From an uncultured Desulfuromonadales bacterium (GTDB taxonomy: Bacteria > Desulfobacterota > Desulfuromonadia > Desulfuromonadales > CAZYXS01), in NCBI GenBank assembly GCA_964650955.1, contig CAZYXS010000005.1, forward strand, positions 1-45,383: a stretch of 45,383 bases of DNA, read 5' to 3'. The notes beneath the pieces are model-generated. The model was not told where the DNA came from. It did no database searches and saw nothing but the letters and a program-made list of their open reading frames with translations. Both the position numbers and the translations under genes were made by a program. Each line of letters starts with the position of its first letter. Position 1 is the first letter of the stretch. Below are positions 25,749 to 34,382 of this stretch, one piece after another.

Positions 25749-26630
25749 ATGGATATCCGTCGTCTCGAAGTCTTCTGCAAGGTGGTCGAGTTCAAAAGTT
25801 TCACCAAGGCTGCCGAAGCGGTCTACCTGTCGCAACCCTCAGTCAGTGAGCACATCCGCAGCCTGGAGGAACTGCTGGGGGCCAAGCTGTTCGACCGGCT
25901 GGGGCGGGAAGCCCTGGTGACCGGGGCCGGGCAGGTTCTTTACCGCTATGCGCGGCGCATCCTGCACCTGCGGGATGAAGCCGTCCAGGCGGTCAAGGAA
26001 TACGGCGGTCAACTGGCGGGCACCTTGCGCCTGGGGGCCAGCACCATACCCGGCTCCTACCTGCTGCCACAACGGCTGGAGGCCTTTCAGACGCAGGTGC
26101 CCGGCACCCGCATCCTGCTGCGGATTTCCAGCACGGCACGGATCGTGGAGGAACTCCTGCAGGGGGAACTGGAACTGGGGTTGATCGGGGCCCTGTCGAA
26201 GGACCAGGCGCTGAGCTGCCAACCCTTCTGTTCCGACCAGCTGATGCTGGTGGTCGCTCCCGGCCACCCCTGGGCCCAACGGTCGGAGGTGGCCGTCACC
26301 GAGTTGTTCGGGCAGCCTTTCATCCTGCGTGAGAGGGGATCGGGGACCCGCCTCGTGATGACCCAGGAGTTGGCACGGCACGGGGTGGATGTGGAGAAGC
26401 TTGATCTGTGCGCCGAAATGGGGAGTACCGAGGCGGTGCGCCAGGGGGTCAAGGCCGGGCTCGGGGTCTCGATTCTATCATCGCTGGCGGTCGCCGAGGA
26501 TGTGCGCCTGGGGGCGTTGGTCCGGGTGCCATTGGCCGGGGTGACCATCGAGCGCCCCTTCTATCTGGTTCACCGGCGCAATCGCCAGCTCTCACCCCTG
26601 GGGCAGGCATTCCTCGGCTTCCTTGAATAG
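25749..26630 (+). CDS. LysR-family transcriptional regulator
   Basis: ATG at 25749 after GGAGGAG. HTH FTKAAEAVYLSQPSVSEHIRSLE and a LysR substrate-binding C-terminal domain. Confidence 0.88.
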   Translation: MDIRRLEVFCKVVEFKSFTKAAEAVYLSQPSVSEHIRSLEELLGAKLFDRLGREALVTGAGQVLYRYARRILHLRDEAVQAVKEYGGQLAGTLRLGASTIPGSYLLPQRLEAFQTQVPGTRILLRISSTARIVEELLQGELELGLIGALSKDQALSCQPFCSDQLMLVVAPGHPWAQRSEVAVTELFGQPFILRERGSGTRLVMTQELARHGVDVEKLDLCAEMGSTEAVRQGVKAGLGVSILSSLAVAEDVRLGALVRVPLAGVTIERPFYLVHRRNRQLSPLGQAFLGFLE

Positions 26631-26695
26631 CTACATATTTACATACTTACAGACTTACGTATATGTCAGGTGGCACAGATGTTTAACACAATAAA

Positions 26696-26719
26696 AAAGG
26701 CCCCATTGACGGGGCCTTT
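26696..26719. terminator. bidirectional intrinsic terminator between the convergent lysR and ntrC-like genes
   Basis: AAAGGCCCC-ATTGAC-GGGGCCTTT. An A6 run on the left gives a strong U-tract for the minus-strand transcript. Confidence 0.7.
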
Positions 26720-26738
26720 CAGGGTATGTCGTGAGTTG

Positions 26739-28136
26739 TTACTGGAACTCTTTTTCGAGATCCAACCGTTTGATTTTTTCCACCAGGGTGGTGCGATTGA
26801 GGCGTAGCAGGGCGGCGGCGCGGGCCTTGACGCCACCGCCAAGTTCCATCGCCGAGCGGATCATGCAGCGCTCGATCTCGGCCACCACCTGGGCCATGTC
26901 GACCCCGGATGAAGTGACGGTGGGGCAGAGCAGGCTGAAGGTCGGCTCCTCGTTGTTGCCGCCGCCGATATTGGGTGGGAGGTCTTTTTTCTGAATCTGC
27001 TCGCCGGCGGTCAGGGCGACACTGCGTTCGATGACATTTTCCAGCTCCCGCACATTGCCCGGCCAGTCGTAGGCCTCCATGGCCCGCACCGCCTCGGGGG
27101 CCAGGGGCATCAGCGGACGGTTCATGGACTGGCAGCTCTTCTGCAGAAAGTGACGGGCCAGCAGGGGGATGTCCTCGCGCCGTTCGCGCAGGGCCGGCAG
27201 AATGATGGGGATGACGTTGAGGCGATAGTAAAGGTCTTCCCGGAAGTTGCCGCTCTTGACCTGCTCCTCGAGATTGGAGTTGGTCGCCGAAATGACCCGG
27301 ACGTTGAGCTTGATGGTCTTGCTCGAGCCAACCCGCTCGATTTCCTGCTCCTGCAGCACCCGCAACAGTTTCATCTGCAGGTGCATCGGCATGGTGCCGA
27401 TTTCGTCGAGGAAAATGGTTCCGCCCTGGGCCAGTTCAAACTTGCCCGGTTTTTCCATCACCGCCCCGGTGAAGGCGCCGCGCACGTGGCCGAACAGTTC
27501 GCTTTCCAGCAGGTCGGCTGGGATCGCCCCGCAGTTGATGGCGATGAAGGATTTATCCTTGCGCGGGCTGTTGAAATGGATCGCCTTGGCCACCAGTTCC
27601 TTGCCGGTTCCCGATTCCCCAAGGATCAGAATGGTGGAATCGGTATTGATAATGCGCTCCATGCGGGTGAAGACCTGCTGCATGGCCAGGCTGTTGCCGA
27701 TGATGTTGTCGAACTTGTATTTGCCTCGCAACTGCTGGCGCAGGTAGAGGTTCTCCGCCACCAGGCGGCTTTTCTCGAGAGCCTTGGCCACCAGGACCTT
27801 GAGCTTCTCGAAATTGACCGGCTTGGTGATGTAGTCGAAGGCTCCTTCTTTCATCGCTTCGACGGCGGTTTCCGCCGAGGCATTGCCGGTGATCAGGATG
27901 ACGTTGGTGAAGGGGGAGTCTTCCTTGACCTTTTTGAGGATATCGATGCCGCTGACGCCGGGCAGGAACAGGTCGGTAATGATGACCTCGAAGGGGTTTT
28001 TCTTCAGCAGACCCAGGGCCTCTTCCCCTGAACCCACCGCCTGCACCTTGTAGCCGGCGCCGCCCAGCAGCAGGGACAGGCCATCGCGGTTGTGGCGCTC
28101 ATCGTCGATCAGCAGAATTTGCGAAAGGGATTTCAT
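26739..28136 (-). CDS. sigma-54-dependent response regulator (NtrC family: REC + AAA+ + Fis-type HTH)
   Basis: ATG at 28136. ILLIDDE / VIITDLFLPGVSG receiver, Walker A GESGTGKE, GAFTGA motif (ESELFGHVRGAFTGA) and C-terminal HTH AAALLRLNRTTLVEKIKRL. Confidence 0.9.
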   Translation of the reverse strand: MKSLSQILLIDDERHNRDGLSLLLGGAGYKVQAVGSGEEALGLLKKNPFEVIITDLFLPGVSGIDILKKVKEDSPFTNVILITGNASAETAVEAMKEGAFDYITKPVNFEKLKVLVAKALEKSRLVAENLYLRQQLRGKYKFDNIIGNSLAMQQVFTRMERIINTDSTILILGESGTGKELVAKAIHFNSPRKDKSFIAINCGAIPADLLESELFGHVRGAFTGAVMEKPGKFELAQGGTIFLDEIGTMPMHLQMKLLRVLQEQEIERVGSSKTIKLNVRVISATNSNLEEQVKSGNFREDLYYRLNVIPIILPALRERREDIPLLARHFLQKSCQSMNRPLMPLAPEAVRAMEAYDWPGNVRELENVIERSVALTAGEQIQKKDLPPNIGGGNNEEPTFSLLCPTVTSSGVDMAQVVAEIERCMIRSAMELGGGVKARAAALLRLNRTTLVEKIKRLDLEKEFQ

Positions 28137-28288
28137 CCTTGGCCCTCGAAAAAAGGATGCGTCATTCGATTGACGGTTTGACCTTAGCATGTTCCCACGG
28201 ACCGGACAAGCGGGAAAAGTTGCCGGGAAAACGGCTAATGACACCTCAGCGGGTTTGACAGGCGGTGGCGGACTGCTACACTTTTCCC

Positions 28289-29623
28289 ATGATCGAAACA
28301 GCTAAACTCCTCTTATCTGTGTGCTTTTTTCTCCTCTTTGGATGCGGAGGCGCAGCTTGGGCACAAACCCAGGAAGCGGCGCCCGGGGTCATCCGGGTGG
28401 TGCGCTATGCCGACGGCATCAATCCGGTAATGGCTGGCTTCGTCACCACCGAACTGGCCCGGGCCAATTCCGAGGGGGCTCTGGCCTTTCTGCTGGAACT
28501 CGACACCCCCGGCGGCCTCGACACCGCCATGCGGACCATTATCAAGGGGATCCTCGGCTCCCGCATCCCGGTCATCGTCTACATCTACCCGGCGGGTGCC
28601 CGGGCCGCCTCGGCGGGTGCCCTGATCACTCTGGCCGCGGATTTCGCGGTCATGGCCCCGGGTACCAACCTCGGCGCTGCCCATCCCGTGGCCATCGGGC
28701 CCGGGGCCGGCGGGGGCGACGATAAATCCAGCACCATGATGGACAAAGTGGTCAACGACGCGGTGGCCTATGCTCGCAGCATCGCCCAGCAGCGGGGACG
28801 CAACGTGGAGTGGGCGGAGAAAATCGTCCGCGAAAGCATCTCGACGCCGGCCGCCGAGGCCCTCGAACTCAAGGTGATCGACCTGGTGGCCACCGATGAA
28901 ACCGCCCTGCTCAACGACCTGCACGGTCGCCGTTACCTGCGGGATGGGCAGTCCCTGACCATCGAGACCCGCGGGGCGACCCTGGTCTATGCCGAGATGG
29001 GCTGGCGGCAGAAGATCCTCAACACCATCAGCAACCCCAACGTCGCCTATCTGCTGATGATGCTCGGGTTGCTCGGGATCTTTTTCGAAATCTCCCAGCC
29101 CGGGGTGATCCTGCCCGGGGTGGTGGGGGCACTGGCCCTGTTGCTGGCCCTGTTCGCCTTCCAGACCCTGCCGGTCAACTACACCGGGGTGCTGCTGATT
29201 TTGCTGGCCCTGGTCCTGTTCCTGCTGGAGATCAAGGTTACCTCCTTCGGCATGCTGACGGTCCTCGGCATCGTTTCCATGACCCTGGGCTCGCTGATGC
29301 TGTTCGAAAGCTCGGAGCCGTACATGCGGGTCTCCTGGGAAGTGATCGCGGCGACCGTAACGGTGACCACCTGTTTTTCCCTGCTGGTCCTCTATTACGT
29401 GGTACGCACCCAGAAAACCGGCTTCGTCTCCGGCAAGGAGGGGATGGTGGGGGAAAAGGGGGAGGCTGTCACCCCCATCGATCCGGAAGGGCGGGTCTTT
29501 GTCCACGGCGAGTACTGGGAGGCTTACGCCAAAGACCCCATTCGCATGGGCGAACGGATCGAAGTGGTGGCCATGGGAGAACACATGCGCCTGGAAGTCA
29601 AACGCTGCAACGGGGCGGGCTAG
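28289..29623 (+). CDS. NfeD-family membrane-bound serine protease (ClpP class) with a C-terminal OB domain
   Basis: ClpP-like LELDTPGG and ASAGALI, central TM block, C-terminal NfeD OB fold (VFVHGEYWEA). Start is uncertain: ATG 28289 or GTG 28265. Confidence 0.82.
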   Translation: MIETAKLLLSVCFFLLFGCGGAAWAQTQEAAPGVIRVVRYADGINPVMAGFVTTELARANSEGALAFLLELDTPGGLDTAMRTIIKGILGSRIPVIVYIYPAGARAASAGALITLAADFAVMAPGTNLGAAHPVAIGPGAGGGDDKSSTMMDKVVNDAVAYARSIAQQRGRNVEWAEKIVRESISTPAAEALELKVIDLVATDETALLNDLHGRRYLRDGQSLTIETRGATLVYAEMGWRQKILNTISNPNVAYLLMMLGLLGIFFEISQPGVILPGVVGALALLLALFAFQTLPVNYTGVLLILLALVLFLLEIKVTSFGMLTVLGIVSMTLGSLMLFESSEPYMRVSWEVIAATVTVTTCFSLLVLYYVVRTQKTGFVSGKEGMVGEKGEAVTPIDPEGRVFVHGEYWEAYAKDPIRMGERIEVVAMGEHMRLEVKRCNGAG

Positions 29624-29665
29624 CTGCCGCCAGCCCCCGAACCTGCAACCTGGAGAGAGGACATC

Positions 29666-30427
29666 ATGATTCCTGTCGGACTCGTCGGATATGCCGTTGT
29701 CATCGCCCTGCTCGTGATGCTGGTCAGCAGCGCCATCCGTATTTTGCTCGAATACGAGCGGGGGGTGGTGTTCCGGCTCGGGCGTTTTGCCGGGGTCAAG
29801 GGGCCGGGGTTGCGCTTCATCATCCCGGTGGTTGACAAACTGGTCAAGGTCAGCCTGCGCACGGTGGCCATGGATGTGCCGCCCCAGGACATCATCACCA
29901 AGGACAACGTTTCGGTGAAGGTCAATGCCGTGCTCTATTTCCGTGTGGTCGAACCGAACAAGGCCCTCATCGATGTGGAGAACTACCTTTACGCCACCAG
30001 CCAGTTGGCCCAGACCACCTTGCGCAGCGTCCTCGGTCAATCGGAGCTCGACGATCTGCTCGCGCACCGGGACAAGATCAACCAGGAGCTGCAGCGGATC
30101 CTCGACCGGCAGACCGATGCCTGGGGGGTGAAGGTTTCCAACGTGGAAGTCAAGCATATCGATCTGCCTGCGGAAATGCAGCGAGCCATGGCCCGCCAGG
30201 CCGAGGCTGAGCGGGAGCGGCGCTCCAAGGTTATCCATGCAGAGGGGGAATTCCAGGCTTCGCAGAAGCTCTCCGAGGCAGCCAAAATCATCTCCTCGGA
30301 AGCTGGGGCATTGCAGTTGCGCTTCTTGCAGACTCTTACCGAAGTTGCCGCCGAAAAGAATTCCACCATCATCTTCCCGGTTCCCATCGACGTGATCGCC
30401 CCCTTCCTCGACAAAAAACCGAAGTGA
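29666..30427 (+). CDS. SPFH/band-7 protein (stomatin-like)
   Basis: N-terminal [20 protein letters not shown] and the Ala/Glu-rich helix [14 protein letters not shown]. Canonical nfeD-SPFH pair. Confidence 0.9.
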   Translation: MIPVGLVGYAVVIALLVMLVSSAIRILLEYERGVVFRLGRFAGVKGPGLRFIIPVVDKLVKVSLRTVAMDVPPQDIITKDNVSVKVNAVLYFRVVEPNKALIDVENYLYATSQLAQTTLRSVLGQSELDDLLAHRDKINQELQRILDRQTDAWGVKVSNVEVKHIDLPAEMQRAMARQAEAERERRSKVIHAEGEFQASQKLSEAAKIISSEAGALQLRFLQTLTEVAAEKNSTIIFPVPIDVIAPFLDKKPK

Positions 30428-30437
30428 TCCGCAATTG

Positions 30438-30479
30438 CACCGCCCACCGCGCGTCCCGGCATTGTGGGCGGTGGTTTTT
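30438..30479 (+). terminator. intrinsic terminator after the SPFH gene
   Basis: CACCGCCCAC / GTGGGCGGTG perfect 10-bp stem with a 16-nt loop, followed by GTTTTT. Confidence 0.72.
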
Positions 30480-30513
30480 CCGGGGCCAGCATGTGCAATC
30501 TGGGATGAAATGC

Positions 30514-30592
30514 GACAAGAGAGAAAATTTGTCAGTTAAATCAGGTGGTTATTTATAGAACATCATTATATGTTGACAGCTTCTCTCTTGTC
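30514..30592. repeat. 12-bp perfect inverted repeat (GACAAGAGAGAA ... TTCTCTCTTGTC) in the AT-rich region upstream of pyc
   Basis: Arms lie at 30514-30525 and 30581-30592 with a 55-nt spacer. The right arm lies between TTGACA (30573-30578) and a weak -10 TTAGAT (30596-30601). Confidence 0.6.
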
Positions 30593-30743
30593 TGGTTAGA
30601 TGTGCGTCATCTTGTGCAGATTGTAAGTTGCGGAAATAACAACAGAATTTAAGTTTAGCTAAAAAACTGTATCCATTGAGGTTGTTTTATTTCAGGTAGC
30701 CTAAAAGCCGGTGGGGACCGGTGTCGACTCTGGAGGAGGAGTA

Positions 30744-33700
30744 ATGGAGATCAAGAAGTTCAAGAAGGTCATGGCGGCCAACCGGGGCGAAATCGCCATC
30801 CGCATCTTCCGTGCCTGCACCGAGCTGGGCATCAAGACGGTGGCGATCTACTCGGAGGAGGACAAGCTCTCCCTGCATCGCTACAAGGCGGACGAGGCCT
30901 ATCAGATCGGCAAAGGCAAGGGCCCCATCGAAGCTTATTTGGGTATCGACGAGATCATCGACCTGGCTCGGCGCAAGGAGGTGGACGCGATCCATCCCGG
31001 CTACGGCTTCCTGTCGGAAAATCCTGAATTCGCCGATGCCTGCGCCCGCGCCGGCATTGTCTTCATCGGTCCCACCGGCGATATCCAGCGCCGCCTCGGC
31101 GACAAGGTGGCGGCCCGCTCCGTAGCTCAGGAAGCCGGCGTTCCCATCGTTCCCGGCACCTCCAACCCCATCACCAGCGAAGAGGACGCCCTGATCTTCG
31201 CCAAGGATTGCGGCTACCCGATCATCGTCAAGGCTGCGGCGGGCGGCGGCGGCCGCGGCATGCGTGTGGCCCGCAACCAGAAGGAATTGCTCGAGGGGAT
31301 GCGTTCGGCCGCGTCGGAGGCCCAGGCGGCCTTCGGCAATGCCTCCATTTTCCTTGAGAAGTACCTGGAGAAGCCGAAACACGTCGAAGTTCAGATCATG
31401 GGGGATCAGTACGGCAACATTGTCCACTACTACGAGCGGGACTGCTCGATCCAGCGCCGGCACCAGAAGGTGATCGAACTGGCCCCCTCGCCCTACCTCT
31501 CGGCCAAGAAGCGCCAGGAAGTCTGCGACATGGCGATGAAGATCGCCCGGGCGGTGAACTATGTCAACGCCGGCACCGTCGAGTTCCTGATGGATCAGCA
31601 GGAAAACTTCTACTTCATCGAGACCAACCCCCGCATCCAGGTCGAGCATACGGTGACCGAGATGGTGACCATGCGCAACCTGGTGCAGACCCAGATCCGG
31701 GTGGCCCAGGGGATGCGGTTGGATGATCCGGTCATCGGCATCAAGAGCCAGAAGGATATCGAACTGCGGGGCTTCGCCATCCAGGCCCGTGTCACCACCG
31801 AGGATCCGGCCAACAACTTTGCCCCAGATTTCGGCACCATCAAGGCCTTCCGGACTGCCGGCGGCTTTGGTGTGCGTCTCGACGCCGGCAACGGCTATGC
31901 CGGGGCGCAGATCACCCCCCATTACGACTCGCTGCTGGTCAAGATCTGCACCTCGGGATTGACCTTCCCCGACGCCGCCCGCTCCATGCACCGGGCGCTG
32001 CAGGAATTCCGCATCCGTGGAGTGAAGACCAATATCGGCTTTCTGGAAAACGTCATCACTCACCCCACCTTCCGCGAGGGGGGCTGCGACACCTCCTTTA
32101 TCGACACTCACCCCGAACTGTTCCAGATGCGGGAGAAGAAGGACCGTGCCAACAAGCTGCTGCGCTTCGTCGGCCATACCGTCGTCAACGGCTATCCCGG
32201 CATCAAGCAGCCGCTGCAGTACAAGAACCTGCGCGAGGCCGTGTTGCCGGACCTGCCCTTCGATGCGGTGCGGCCGCGGGGGACCCGTGACATCCTGCTG
32301 GAGAAGGGTCCGGAAGGGCTGGCCGACTGGGCCCGCAAGCAGAAAAAGCTGCTCATCACCGACACCACCATGCGCGACGCCCAGCAATCGCTGGTGGCGA
32401 CCCGTTTCCGCACCTACGACCTCGACCGCATTGCCGAGGCGACCAGCTATCTGGGCGGCGGTCTGTTCTCCCTGGAGATGTGGGGCGGGGCCACCTTCGA
32501 CGTCACCATGCGCTTTCTGCGGGAAGATCCCTGGGAGCGCCTGGACCGCCTGCGCGCCAAGATTCCCAATATCCTGTTCCAGATGTTGCTGCGGGGCTCC
32601 AATGCCGTCGGTTACACCAACTACCCTGACAACGTGGTGGAGGAATTCGTCGCCCAGGCCGCCCGTAGCGGCATCGACATCTTCCGGGTCTTCGACTCGC
32701 TGAACTGGACCACCGGCATGAAGGTGTCCATGGAGGCGATTCGCAAGAACAACGCCATTTGCGAGGCAGCCATCTGCTACACCGGCGATATCTCCGATCC
32801 CAAGCGGGACAAGTATCCGCTCTCCTACTATGTCAACATGGCGAAAGAGTTGGAGAAGATGGGTGCTCACATCCTGGCCATCAAGGACATGGCCGGTCTG
32901 CTCAAACCCTTTGCCGCCGAGAAGCTGGTCAAGGCCCTCAAGAACGAGATCGGCTTGCCGATCCACCTCCACACCCACGACACCTCCAGCAACGGCAGCG
33001 CCACGCTGCTCATGGCCACCCAGGCCGGGGTGGATATCGTCGACGTGGCCCTCTCCTCGGTGTCGGGCCTGACCGCCCAGCCCAACCTCAATGCCCTGCT
33101 GGCGGCGTTGCGCGGCAGCATCTGGGATCCCAAAATCGACGAACCCGGGCTGCAGCAACTGGCCAACTATTGGGAGAGAGTGCGCACCTATTACACCCCC
33201 TTCGAGACGGAGTTGCGCAGCGGCACCGCCCAGGTCTACCATCACGAGATTCCCGGCGGCCAGTACTCCAACTACAAGCCCCAGGTGGAAGGCCTCGGCC
33301 TCGGCCACCGCTGGGAGGAGTGCAAGGAGATGTACCGCAAGGTCAACGACATGTTCGGCGACGTGATCAAGGTGACCCCCTCGTCGAAGATCGTCGGGGA
33401 CATGGCCATGTTCATGGTGCAGAACAACCTCGAGCCCGAGGATGTCTATGAAAAAGGGGATAACCTGACCTTCCCCCAGGGAGTGGTGGATTTCTTCAAG
33501 GGGATGATCGGCCAGCCCTACGGCGGCTTCCCCGAAAAGCTGCAGAAGATCATTCTCAAGGGGGAGAAACCCCTGACCCACCGCCCCGGCGAACTGCTCG
33601 AGCCGGTGGATTTCGTCGCCAAGAAAAAAGAGGTGGAAAAGAAACTCGGCCAGGCCATCAGCGACCGGGATCTGCTCTCCGCGACCCTTTACCCGGGGGT

Positions 33701-34190
33701 GTTCGAGGAATTCGCCCGTCACCGCCAGGAGTACAGCGACCTTTCAGTCATTTCCACGCCGGTCTTTTTCTATGGTCTGGAAATCGGCGACGAAACCACC
33801 ATCGAGATCGAGCCGGGCAAGATGCTCATCATCAAGCTCAATGCTATCGGCAGGGTGCAGGAAGACGGCACCCGCAACATCTACTTCGAGCTCAACGGCG
33901 AGCCCCGGCAGGTGACCGTCAACGACCTCTCCATGCAGAAAGAAACCGTAGTCGCCCGCAAAGCCGATCCGGACAATGCCAAGCACGTGGGTGCCCCCAT
34001 GCCGGGCAAGGTGTTCAAAATCCTGGTCAACCCCGGTGACGCGGTCAAGGCCGGCGACCCGCTGCTTTCCACCGAAGCGATGAAGATGGAAACCAATGTC
34101 AAAGCTCGGGAGGATGGAGTCATCGCCGAATTGCTGGTGAAAGAGAGCAAGCAGGTGCAACAGGGGGATCTGCTGTTGATTTTCGAGTAA
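30744..34190 (+). CDS. pyc: pyruvate carboxylase (single-chain: biotin carboxylase + carboxyltransferase + BCCP)
   Basis: ATG at 30744 after GGAGGAGGAG. KVMAANRGEIAIRIFRA, GGGGRGMR, carboxyltransferase TTMRDAQQS and HLHTHDT, and the biotinyl-lysine motif EAMKME. Confidence 0.95.
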   Translation: MEIKKFKKVMAANRGEIAIRIFRACTELGIKTVAIYSEEDKLSLHRYKADEAYQIGKGKGPIEAYLGIDEIIDLARRKEVDAIHPGYGFLSENPEFADACARAGIVFIGPTGDIQRRLGDKVAARSVAQEAGVPIVPGTSNPITSEEDALIFAKDCGYPIIVKAAAGGGGRGMRVARNQKELLEGMRSAASEAQAAFGNASIFLEKYLEKPKHVEVQIMGDQYGNIVHYYERDCSIQRRHQKVIELAPSPYLSAKKRQEVCDMAMKIARAVNYVNAGTVEFLMDQQENFYFIETNPRIQVEHTVTEMVTMRNLVQTQIRVAQGMRLDDPVIGIKSQKDIELRGFAIQARVTTEDPANNFAPDFGTIKAFRTAGGFGVRLDAGNGYAGAQITPHYDSLLVKICTSGLTFPDAARSMHRALQEFRIRGVKTNIGFLENVITHPTFREGGCDTSFIDTHPELFQMREKKDRANKLLRFVGHTVVNGYPGIKQPLQYKNLREAVLPDLPFDAVRPRGTRDILLEKGPEGLADWARKQKKLLITDTTMRDAQQSLVATRFRTYDLDRIAEATSYLGGGLFSLEMWGGATFDVTMRFLREDPWERLDRLRAKIPNILFQMLLRGSNAVGYTNYPDNVVEEFVAQAARSGIDIFRVFDSLNWTTGMKVSMEAIRKNNAICEAAICYTGDISDPKRDKYPLSYYVNMAKELEKMGAHILAIKDMAGLLKPFAAEKLVKALKNEIGLPIHLHTHDTSSNGSATLLMATQAGVDIVDVALSSVSGLTAQPNLNALLAALRGSIWDPKIDEPGLQQLANYWERVRTYYTPFETELRSGTAQVYHHEIPGGQYSNYKPQVEGLGLGHRWEECKEMYRKVNDMFGDVIKVTPSSKIVGDMAMFMVQNNLEPEDVYEKGDNLTFPQGVVDFFKGMIGQPYGGFPEKLQKIILKGEKPLTHRPGELLEPVDFVAKKKEVEKKLGQAISDRDLLSATLYPGVFEEFARHRQEYSDLSVISTPVFFYGLEIGDETTIEIEPGKMLIIKLNAIGRVQEDGTRNIYFELNGEPRQVTVNDLSMQKETVVARKADPDNAKHVGAPMPGKVFKILVNPGDAVKAGDPLLSTEAMKMETNVKAREDGVIAELLVKESKQVQQGDLLLIFE

Positions 34191-34207
34191 CTGGACCAGC
34201 CATCATG

Positions 34208-34259
34208 CCACAAAGCAAAGGGAGCCGCCCCGTCGGGGGCGGCTCCCTTTGCTTTGTGG
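34208..34259. terminator. symmetric bidirectional terminator hairpin between the convergent pyc and kinase operon
   Basis: 24-bp perfect palindrome arms around loop GTCG. The GC core GGGAGCCGCCCC/GGGGCGGCTCCC is flanked on both strands by TTTGCTTTGTG. Confidence 0.65.
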
Positions 34260-34382
34260 GGGGCCGGGTTCGGGTCAGCGATGGGCAGGAAGCCGGGGAA
34301 GAGCGAGTTTACTTTGGCGAGAGGTTTTTGTGCGCAGATTTGAAGCGGGCAATCAGCACGGTGGTACAGACCTTCTCAGGAT

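Noticed and set aside
26671-26686. Sigma-54-like TGGCAC-N5-TTTAA between the convergent lysR and ntrC-like genes.
   Set aside because: There is no GC at -12. It points straight into the bidirectional terminator with no downstream gene, and any transcript would be only about 30 nt.
26631-26690. AT-rich stretch with short ACTTAC / ACATAT..ATATGT repeats after lysR.
   Set aside because: The repeats are 6 nt and imperfect. The region lies between convergent genes next to the terminator, so it is most simply AT-rich terminator context.
28313-30238. 641-aa minus-strand ORF opposite nfeD and the SPFH gene.
   Set aside because: It is a shadow ORF crossing an intergenic gap. The plus-strand genes have canonical motifs.
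30687-33722. 1011-aa minus-strand ORF antisense to pyruvate carboxylase.
   Set aside because: It is nested opposite a gene with unmistakable family motifs. Its product is G/R/A/V/D/L-rich with no motifs. Long stop-free antisense frames are expected in GC-rich DNA with GC3-biased codons.
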